From Octopus sinensis (taxonomy: Eukaryota): a DNA stretch of 64,000 nucleotides. A program made the translations under genes and the position numbers. This document shows positions 54,161 through 64,000 of this stretch, in pieces; within the stretch, counting starts at the first letter, position 1, and each line of letters opens with the position of its first letter. Under the pieces are notes generated by a model that saw only the letters and a program-made list of their open reading frames with translations, did no database searches and had not been told where the DNA came from. The stretch is taken from the NCBI RefSeq assembly GCF_006345805.1, contig NC_042999.1:71734001-71798000 (forward strand). The letters are read 5' to 3'.

Positions 54161-55011
54161 TTTGAAGATGAAATCAGAAGTAGAAAATCAATTAAATATA
54201 TCACTTATTTTATCCACATTGGAAACATCAAACGTTAAGTTTTCATATGATAGGATTCGAACACAGAATCCCTACCAGGTCAGCATTGCCTTTCATCCCT
54301 CTTGGGTCGATAAAATGCTATTTTCAATTTTACATCAAGCTCTGCCGTCTCTTACAACTAGTTAATAGCAGATAAGTGTTAACATAGTTAACACATTATT
54401 CCCAGTGCCACGTCTTTGTTCTAAACTAATTTTCATCCATGTAACTCGCAAATAGCTAGCTTAATTTAAGATTTACTTTTACACTAACGTCATTAAGGGT
54501 GCTGACGAATTCTATCCTTACAGTATCATTTACATTATCCTAGATATTTCAAAGAAATTAAATTACATAAGTTTTGTTTTACATTTGGTGGTGAATGCGA
54601 AAAAAAAAACACGGCTAAAAAAGGGAAATATATTAAGCAACACTTCGAATTATTATCGCTCATGAAATGTTACAGGTGAAAACGAATAAAAGGGGGAAGT
54701 GATCATAAGACGTTTCTGTAAAATTTCATTTTATTACGCCGATGAAGGTGTACACTGACTGTTCAAAATGTCTCAGCCGCTTCGAAGCACTATAATGACA
54801 ATTACTTGATACACTTACAAATATATATACATGTACACACACACACGCACTAATATATATATATATATATATATATATGGGTCAAAATTGTACAAAAACG
54901 AAAAAGCGAAGGACAAACACAGGGAAAGGAACAACAAATGAGGTGTATTTGTTTGACATTCAGGAAAAATGGAAGCAGTCTTTGATGTGCATCGCTTCTA
55001 AAGAAAGCTGA

Positions 55012-55063
55012 GCCCCCTTCGGTCATGACTGACCATGGGATTGCACCTAGAAAGTTACCCTCC
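55012..55063 (-). mobile_element. 3' end of a 34231-family SINE, inverted, abutting a LINE
   Basis: cccccttcggtcatgactgaccatgggattgcacctagaaagttaccctcc is the reverse complement of 34501-34551. Confidence 0.85.
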
Positions 55064-56413
55064 CAGGCTGAAAAGAAACCAACTGCTGATCTCCAACCAA
55101 CATGGGTTCCATAATGGAAAGAACTGCCTAACACAGCTCCTGCATAACTTTGATTACATTTTGAAAACTTTGGGAGAGCGCTCGAATACTGATGTCATCT
55201 TACTTGATTTCAGCAAAGCCTTTGACAGGGTGGATCATAAGATCCTCTTGAAAAAATTATCAAACATTGGTATCTCTGGAAAGTTACTACAATGGATCAA
55301 GTGTTTCCTGACAGGCAGAACCCAACACGTTGTAGTCGTAGAAGTAAAATCAAACCCAGCCAAAGTCAGTAGTGGTGTTCCACAAGGCACTGTGTTGGGC
55401 CCACTTCTTTTTATCCTCTATATCAATGACATTACTGACACCACCAAGCACAGCAACATAAGAATCTTTGCAGATTATTCCACGCTCCAGAAGGCCATTA
55501 ATGAAGTGAATGAATGGTCATACCTTCAGGCAGATCTGCTGGCTGTCATACAATGGACGAAAAAGAATAATATGCTGCTGAACGAGGACAAATTTGAGTT
55601 AATCCATTTCGGGAAAGAGAATACTGAAACTCCCATACTTCCGTCCTTCAGGTGAAACTCTCATGGCATCCAACAATATCATAGACTTGTGAGTGATTGT
55701 GGGCAACAACATAAGGTGGGCCAGTCATATAAACAGCAAAATTGACATGGCCTGCATAATGTGTTCCTGGATTCTCAGAACTTTTCGGTCGAGAGATATC
55801 CACACCATTATCCTTCTTTTCTCTACTTTTGCCCGACCACACTTTGAATACTATTGGCCACTGTGGTCTCCCTACCCTAAACAAAGCATCATGAAATTTG
55901 ATGCACCTCAAAGGTCAATTACAAAAAAGATAGATGGCAAGACAGGCCTTGGCTATTGGCGTCGACGAGAAAATCTCAAGCATTATTCTCTTCAACGCGG
56001 TCATGAGTGCTACATCTGCTTCACGTGGAAAATATGCCATCAGTGTTGCCCAAATGATGTTGGCATCGCCTTTAAGATACACCCAAGACTTGGGCCCCGT
56101 GCTATCCGCCCACAGCATAAATCATACTCGCATCACATAACAATACAGCTCAATTATTTCACCTCAATTGGTCCCGCTCTCTTTAACATTACACCAAAAC
56201 ACACTAAAGCAGAAATAGCATAAAGCATAAAGTTCAAGAATTCTTTAGACAAATTCCTTCAAAAAATCCCGGATGAACATACTACACCCGGACATATCTC
56301 CGTAAACAATAATTCTCTCCTTGAGTGGACCATGCTGTCCGATTCCTGATTTGAATAACTTTGCCAGGTGGTGCTATTAAGTTAGGCATGGCCTGAGCCA
56401 ATACTGGCCGAAA

Positions 56414-56415
<2 letters not shown>
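55064..56415 (+). mobile_element. CR1-group LINE, 5'-truncated RT pseudogene with intact 3' end
   Basis: NQHGFHNGKNCLTQLL, LDFSKAFDRVDHKILLKKL, SGVPQGTVLGPLLFILYINDI, FADYS and FKNSLDKFLQKIPD; frameshifts present; followed by (TA)n. Confidence 0.95.
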
Positions 56416-56447
<32 letters not shown>

Positions 56448-57089
56448 AAATTAAAAAAGGAAAATACGCACACTTTGCATAGTTTTAATATCATTTTTTA
56501 AATATCGACCGGTTTCGCTATCGCTATTCATGATGTTATGGTTTACTTATTTGAATATGTATTTTCTTAAGAAGAAATTTTGTCCATGTTGTGTGTGATG
56601 ACATTTACGAGTGAATGACTTCAAAAGTAGAAAAATAAGGGGAGGTAATTGGTTATCGTTATTATTGTTATCACGAATATTACTAGATTTCATCCGTGAA
56701 CTTTCTGCTTTAACAAAGGACAGTCAGGATCTTATATCTGTACGTTTAATTTATTTCAATATGAAATTGAACAAAAAATTAAGACAGTCTATTCACCTAT
56801 TGGGATAACAAATTTCATAATATTCTATTAGAATAATATCACATATTGTTTCTTTTTACCTATAGGTACAAGGCCTGAAATTTGGGGGAGGGTGCTAAAT
56901 CGATTACATCGACCCCTGTGCGTAACTGGTACTTAATTGTTATTAAAATTAATGAGGGTTATTAACTTTACTTCAAACGGTTGAATTTGTTCTCTAGATT
57001 CATCATGCTATTATTATTGCTAGCTGGACCCGTGAAAAATTCACGGAAAGCATTAAATATATAATCATCTGTAAGCAGTATACTGGTGC

Positions 57090-57250
57090 CATGAGAAATG
57101 TTTGTATATTATGTCTTTATGTTCTGAGTTCAAATTCTGCCGAGGTCGACTTTGCCTTTCATCCTTTGGAGTTCGATAAATTAAGTACCAGTTTTGTACT
57201 GGGGTCGATCTAATCAACTGGCCCACTCCTCAAAAATTTAGGGCCTTGCG
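57090..57250 (+). mobile_element. SINE fragment (3822/19800 family); an opposite-strand fragment lies at 56850-56940
   Basis: gagttcaaattctgccgaggtcgactttgcctttcatcc...aagtaccagttttgtactggggtcgat. Confidence 0.8.
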
Positions 57251-57379
57251 ATTTTGTGGTTTGCTGGTATGCCGAGAGAGAGGCAACTGGTCACACATAT
57301 AGGCACACATGTACACAAACACATACCTAGAGAGAGTTGCAGACAGTAAGTGTCAAATAGTCCACAACGAAGTTTTCAC

Positions 57380-57660
57380 CTCTCTCTCCCTGTCTCTCTC
57401 TCCCTCTTTCTCTATCTCTCTCCTCTCTTTCCTTCTCTTTCACTTCCTTTTTTTCTCTCTTCTCTCCTATTGATCTAACAATGTGTATACATATCTATGT
57501 ATCTATTTCTCTTGCGATGAACGTCGTCACCACTCACTGCCTCTTTCACTCTCTCTTTCTTTCTCACTTTCTCTCTCTCTTTCTCACAGTCTTTCTTTTT
57601 CTCTTCGGTCCTCTCTGAAACACTTAAAAAAGACAAAACGAACGCCGTCACCACTCCCTA

Positions 57661-57693
<33 letters not shown>

Positions 57694-57830
57694 TACTTCC
57701 TCTCTGAAACATTTAAAACCCAAAACGAATGTCGCCACTACTCACTTTCTCTTTCACTCTCTCTCTTTCTCTCTCACTCTCTCTTTCTCCCTCCCTCCCC
57801 CTCTCTCTTTCTCTCTTACTTCCTCTCTGT
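57380..57830 (+). repeat. CT-rich low-complexity tract with about 3 degenerate tandem units
   Basis: Repeated tcctctctgaaaca(c/t)ttaaaa...aaaacgaa(c/t)g.cg.ca.cact separated by (CT)n. Confidence 0.85.
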
Positions 57831-57924
57831 CCACCTCTCTGTCGCTTTGCCACTTCTTTGAAGTGTGACATACAACACAGGTACATACAAAAACAAAAAG
57901 TTAGCGTATTAATATAATTGATTA

Positions 57925-58455
57925 TTAATTATTGCAAAGCTGCAAGAACAATATAACATTCAACTGTATTTATGAAAACTAATTAAAAATTGAATTTATC
58001 TATCTCAGAACTGATTAATCTATTATAACCGTAATCCTTTAATATATTACATGGAACAATAATTACTTTCATAATTGTATAAACGATTAACTGAACATAA
58101 TCTTGTCTCAGATTTAAGTTCGAATTCTATAATTTTAATCATTTTAATTATTTCTCATTTAATTCTCATTTTAATCATTTAAATGCATGTATGTTATTAT
58201 AATTTAGATGTGTAATTTATTATTTTTGATATATTTATGTCACAACTGTTCGCATAGCATTCTGTGATATACGTTGTACGAGCAAATTTTACGCGCGTGC
58301 GCATAAAAATATCTTACTGAATGTTTTGTGTGATCTTGTGGAGGAGATCCATGGTCGGTGACAAAGTGTGTTTCCGCACTGGGTATCAACAATCCTAGTA
58401 TTTCTCTAGATGTATGTAAACACATAAACATGCCCAAACATACATACACACACAT

Positions 58456-58490
<35 letters not shown>

Positions 58491-58741
58491 TATATAATTG
58501 TGCGTGTACGAGTGTGTGTGTGTTGTGTGTGAGTGTATATATGTGCATACATACATCTAGAGAAATACTAGAATTGTTGACAACCAGTACGATAGCACAT
58601 GTTCATAGCGACCATGGATCTCCTGTACCAGATCATATGGAACATTCAGTAAGGCATTTTTTCGTGTGTGGGTGTGTGTGTGTTTAAAACTCGCTCGTAC
58701 AAAGTGTTTCACAAAATTGTGTATGTGTGTGTGTGTGTGTT

Positions 58742-58778
<37 letters not shown>

Positions 58779-59137
58779 CTGTGTGTAAAAGTCGCCCGTG
58801 CGACGTATATCACAGAATGCAATTTTAACAGTTGTGACATAAATATGTCACAAAATAAGGAATTAAACATCCAAATTATAATAACAAATATGCATTTATT
58901 TATTTTGAAATGATTAAAACAAGAATTGTGTATGGTAACTATAGAATTCGAACTTAAATCTGAGACAAGATTATGTTCCCTTAATCGTTTATATAGTTAT
59001 GAAATTAATTATTGTTCCATGTAAAATATCAAAGGATTACGGTTATAATAGATTAATCAATTCTGAGATAGATAAATTCCATTTATAATTAGTTTACATA
59101 AATTCAGCTGAATATTATATTGTTCTTACAGCTTTGC

Positions 59138-59143
<6 letters not shown>
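57925..59143. repeat. About 1.2-kb imperfect palindrome (foldback)
   Basis: 57925-58420 is the reverse complement, with divergence and indels, of 58545-59143; the centre is (CA)n facing (TG)n. Confidence 0.9.
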
Positions 59144-59209
<66 letters not shown>

Positions 59210-59243
59210 GGATGATGATGATGATGATGATGATGATGGTGAT
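59138..59243 (+). repeat. (AAT)n(GAT)n microsatellite
   Basis: Directly visible. Confidence 0.97.
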
Positions 59244-59979
59244 GAATCTAGAGTTCAACCGTTTGAATTAGAGTTAATAACCATCATTGATTTTAATTAC
59301 AATTAATTGCTCATGTATCTATTTTACTCAAACCTAAATTAATTTCAAAACCAAAAGGATTTATATAAAGAATCAATAATAAAAAAAATAGCAAATGTAA
59401 TATTCGCTTAAAATTCGAAATAGTTACTACTTGCATGATATTGTATGAAATTTGATCATATCTCAGATTAAAGGATATAAATCTTCAGGATTTTCAGGGG
59501 GAACTTTATGAGTTGAATGAAATTCCCTGACTGTGTCACGTTGATAATAATATGCACGTTCGTATAATTAGCTTTGCAACAATATATATTCGGGTTCAAT
59601 CCTACTGCGCAGTAACTTGAACAATGCTCCTGTGACAACCAAACGCTTTGTGATTTAATCTGGTAAACGAAAACTGGAAAATCACATCACAATATGTGTA
59701 TGCATACGTATATACATAAATACACACACACACACATATTTATATATATATATTCAATGATAAGGCCGAATTTTATAACTCTGCCTTACTTAAAGAAGGT
59801 TATACAGAGAAAGTTACCTACATTAATTCCATTCAATCTTATTCTACGTTTACTAATGCAGACATGAAATCTAGTTGTAACGATATAAACGATAACGATT
59901 TTAATTTATACGCCAACACCAAACAGAGGAAGGGAGATAACCCTTATTTAAACCCATTTTTCATTCTAAAGTTAAATCG

Positions 59980-60650
59980 ATGTCTTTCACCAAAAATAAA
60001 GCAACTAACATTAAAACTATTTGGTTAATTATTCCTTATGGGAGGCAAATTAAATCTAATCTTCCTTTGCAGTTTCGGGAAGCTATTATTAGGAATTTTC
60101 CAAAGAATTCTAGGTATTACACTATTATCAACTCAGACACTGTTCGGATTGGTTTTTCCAATAGAAAAAATCAATTACAAATTATTTCCTCACATAATAT
60201 TAACCTGTTAAATAGGGATACATTTACTACTAATATTAATTTAGATAATACAATCTATCCCCCTAGAAATATTAATTACAAGGTTATTGTATCTGAAGTC
60301 AATTACAACAGAATCAAGTTTATGTCAAGTAACTCTAATTTTAAAAATTCTATATACCAGTGTAAAATTACTTCAGGTACCGATGTCTTTTTTTATATGG
60401 GCAGTTCCTCTTCTCAGTTATCTAAAAGAATTTCTAATCATTACTCTAAATTTAGGGATAGGAATAAATGTAACAGTACAGGGCTTAGTAAATTAATTGG
60501 GTATCTAAAAGACAATAATAAACAATTTAATTGAGATTGGTTGATTCTCTCAATTTCGATCCCTTATGATAAAGGAAAGGAATTCTGTCTGCTCTGTAAT
60601 TCTGAACTATTTTTTATTCTTTTTTTCTAAAAATCCCCTTATAAACACGG
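59980..60650 (+). mobile_element. PLE 3' fragment: RT thumb, linker and GIY-YIG
   Basis: WLIIPYGRQIKSN..FPKNSRYYTIINSDTVRIGFS..IISSHN; SIYQCKI..FFYMGSS..LSKRISNHYSKF; after a stop, WLILSISIPYDKGKEFCLLCNSELFFIL. Confidence 0.88.
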
Positions 60651-61262
60651 TTATAGAGCGTGCATACTGATGTAAACATTGGCAGAAACACACAGATATA
60701 AGTGATATCTATTATTATATTTAATTTAAACATTAATTTTCTTCTTACATTTCATATTCACTAGATATATCTTTTTCCAAGACTTTAGAGTTTTATTTAA
60801 TTTACATATCGTTATATACTTCTCATTTATTTGGTTTTTTCTTTCCTTTTCTCATCCTCTTTTTATAGGTTACCTTTGACGTTATATTCTCTAAGGTTTT
60901 TTTTTTTAAACTTATTAGCGTTCAGTTCATCACTTTACATTTCCATCATCTTCTGTTAAAATGTCTTGTTGACGAGTTTTATTTCTTCATTTCCATGAAG
61001 AGAAAATTACATTATTTTACACCATTTTATTCTTTTTGGAATAATAACACTGAAAGTAAAAATAATTTGAATAACACCTGCGTTTAACTCAATTTATTTA
61101 TTTATTTATATATATTATACAGAATATTTCACGTAAACCCGGAGTTTCTACCTTTAAACACAAGGAGTTACGCCCTTTTTCTTGTGTGATTTTTTTGCTA
61201 CCCTGCTAACTATTTATCTATTTTTTTCGTGTTAATTGTAACCAAGGAAAATACACACATCC

Positions 61263-61465
<203 letters not shown>

Positions 61466-62024
61466 TATATACATACACTTATACATACGCGCTCACACAC
61501 ACACATCTACGTATATGGGTATATTCGTGCAACTAAATACATGCGCATACTCACACGTATTGACGAATACATACATACATACATGTATAGGAACCCATAT
61601 AGACAGGCACACACGCGCATGTATACATAAATATACGCACATAGCATAGATATATATGTGCATATATTCGTACGTAAAGGGAGATACAGACGTCTGTGCA
61701 AAGTTTGACACACGTACACGTGTTTATACACTCGCGTCTACAAATAAGTAAATATATACACGCACATAAATACATATATAAATACACACACATATACATA
61801 TATGAGTAACTTTATGTGCGGTAATATGCTCATTATATTAATGTACTTGTGATGTGTGACCGACTTCCTTTACATCAGAAGGCTGGAAGTCAATATACTC
61901 TGAGCAATGACACGTAAAGAGTGCAGTCAAGCAGAATCTTTGCTTGCGCTTACGAAAATGACTGCTGCGCAAGGTAGGGAAGAGTTTCACATCTCGCTAC
62001 TTTTTTTCTCTCCACACCGCGCAG

Positions 62025-62070
62025 GTACATCGGAATCTACTATAACAGGATTGTTTAAAACATATACAAG
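62025..62070 (+). CDS. Candidate next coding exon of the LDLa gene (G)TSESTITGLFKTYT(R/S)
   Basis: Acceptor ctactttttttctctccacaccgcgcag| and donor AG|gtatgt. Length 46 nt. Open when read from phase 1, matching the donor phase of 50707-50856; ends in phase 2. Confidence 0.5.
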
Positions 62071-62659
62071 GTATGTGATAGTATTCAATGGGAAGCGACT
62101 AACAAAGATTGGAAGCAAAATAGATTAGATTCTATTAGCAGCTATTCGGGAAACGCGTTTTAGTTTTCACTCGATGACTGTGAAACCATCGTGTCTCCCT
62201 GTGCATGCCAAGGTATCAGAATTAAACGCATCGGCAACAGTCATTATTAGATAATAAGGTACAATCGTCACAGTTTCGATTTCAGACAGTTCTTTGATTG
62301 TTTGTTGATTAAAGAAGCGTCTACTTCTCGAATATTACAAACCTCTACTTAACCTTTATAGTATGCTTGTTTTTATAGATTTTCGCCTAAAAGGTAAAAG
62401 GTTAACTAAAAACAACTGCAATGGAACAAAACGAAACACTCACTTTCGGCCCAATGGCATCAGGAAAGACACAAGATAATCTGTTCTGGAGTGAATAGTG
62501 GCTAACGTGTTCTGGTGGAATGTATAGTTACCCCCCCCCCCAACACAGCCTCTCTATAATTTCATCGGAAATGTAAAGCTTATGAAATGCACACGATGTC
62601 AATTCATTAAGTCTATCAGTAATGTACCTATAATTGAGCAAACCTATCGGTAATGTATC

Positions 62660-63262
62660 TGTGATGACAACTGGAAACAGCTGCAAGCTGTTAACTCTGT
62701 GGAGATAACACCGAAGATATCCCCCACATCATAAGCAGTTGTCCGAAAATGTCATCATGAGACATGACGTTGTAGCTAGGACATTATAATGTAATCCGTT
62801 GCAAAGATAACCCCGAGGACAAAGAAATAAGAACCCACAGTCTTGTAGAAGCCATAACCACTCATAATGAAAGGGAGTACTGGTAGAATGGCCTAGTGAA
62901 GATTTCAATAAAATGCAAGCACAACAGACCTGATATAATGATTTGGGATGGAGAAGAGAAACTGTGTACAGTTGTGGAAATTAGCTACCCAGCTGATGTT
63001 AACATAAAGCTGAAGATCCGTGAAAAGAGAACACTTATGCTGAACTATTGAGAAATCTACAGTTACTCTATCCAGATTACAAGTTCAGGCTTATACCTGT
63101 AATTATTGGGGCTCTGGGATATGTAACGCACTGCCGCCTAAATACCAATCTTAAGATATTAGCCTTTACAAAATCAAAAATGAGAAAGCTAATTCGAAGA
63201 CTATAGATTCAATTCATCATTGGAACTGTAAAAAATCTTTCCAGACGTTTATCATTTAAATA
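62660..63262 (+). mobile_element. RLE-type (R4/Dong-like) LINE C-terminal relic
   Basis: Zinc knuckle C...CGDNTEDIPHIISSC, RHDVVAR, CKHNRPDIMIWD...VVEISYPAD, EK..YAELL and IPVIIGALG (PD-(D/E)xK nuclease). Confidence 0.88.
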
Positions 63263-64000
63263 TATATGAGCATGTCTAGATATGTAACTATATGCATGAG
63301 AATACATACAAAAAGCAAAACATACAAATCTGCAGATACATATATACATATTTACATACAAAGAAAAATACCCGGTTGTTGATGAAGAAATTCCAATGAA
63401 GGCGCCTTGAATCTAGTTTAGAAACCGGTTCTTTCTCTATTAGCAAGAAAGCTTGAAATAAAACTGAACAGTGAGATACATACACACATACATGCATGCA
63501 TACATACATACATACATACATACATACAGATAAGCAGGTCCTATCTTTTTTTTTACTGCCAGCCCAATTTTAAGCACCAATTCCAAAACTACAGCAATTC
63601 TTAGTTTTGAAGTGGCATACTAAATTATTGATCGGTAATTATGGAACAGATATTTGGTTGTTGCATCTATCTTTTAGTGAAGACTGTGTTAGCAACATGA
63701 CTTAGCTGCCCAAATAAGGACAATTAAAGAAGAAAAATCTCATAGCAATTCAAACTTCTTTAAAATATCTGGAGGGAAAGTGAATGATTACCATAAACCA
63801 ACGTGAACATATCCTACATATCAAAATATTTTTGCTTGAAAGACATTGGAAAAATAATTCGTTAAATGAAAACATTTTAAAGAATGTTTATATACATGAA
63901 GTTTGACTATTTTCAAAAATGTCTTATATGTACATTGTCTTTTGATGTTTCCCAATTTTCTTTCAATAATGCATATGCGATAGTTTCCCTTGAAACAAGA

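Noticed and set aside
63563-63623. Strong acceptor as a possible terminal exon (SPILSTNSKTTAILSFEVAY*)
   Set aside because: It is phase-compatible but has no homology, donor or polyA evidence to distinguish it from chance.

Overview
AT-rich, repeat-saturated animal genomic DNA, most likely an Octopus (cephalopod) intronic/intergenic region. The taxon is inferred from the style of the tRNA-derived SINEs and the dense (TA)n, (CATA)n and (TCTA)n microsatellites, not from a database search. Almost all ORFs in the supplied track are microsatellite artefacts or transposon relics. One host gene is supported on the + strand. It has a phase 1-1 exon (50707-50856) encoding a complete six-cysteine LDL-receptor class A module, a phase-compatible 46-nt downstream exon (62025-62070) and a candidate 18-nt microexon (44641-44658). 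The rest is a transposon graveyard. It holds at least 7 Penelope-like element (PLE) fragments, about 9 degenerate hammerhead-ribozyme motifs, two CR1-group LINE RT fragments, an L1/Tx1-like ORF1, an R4/Dong-like RLE tail, a possible RTE endonuclease relic, a Gypsy integrase relic, a Helitron helicase relic, a DD41D Tc1/mariner relic with an internal inversion, two copies of an 8-bp-TSD MITE carrying telomere-like repeats, and many SINEs. The most notable structural signals are a ~1.2-kb foldback (57925-59143), repeated PLE-loop inverted repeats, and a covarying 3' stem-loop shared by LINEs and SINEs. No CRISPR, rRNA or genuine tRNA was seen, and no clearly novel multi-gene system is demonstrable from sequence alone.
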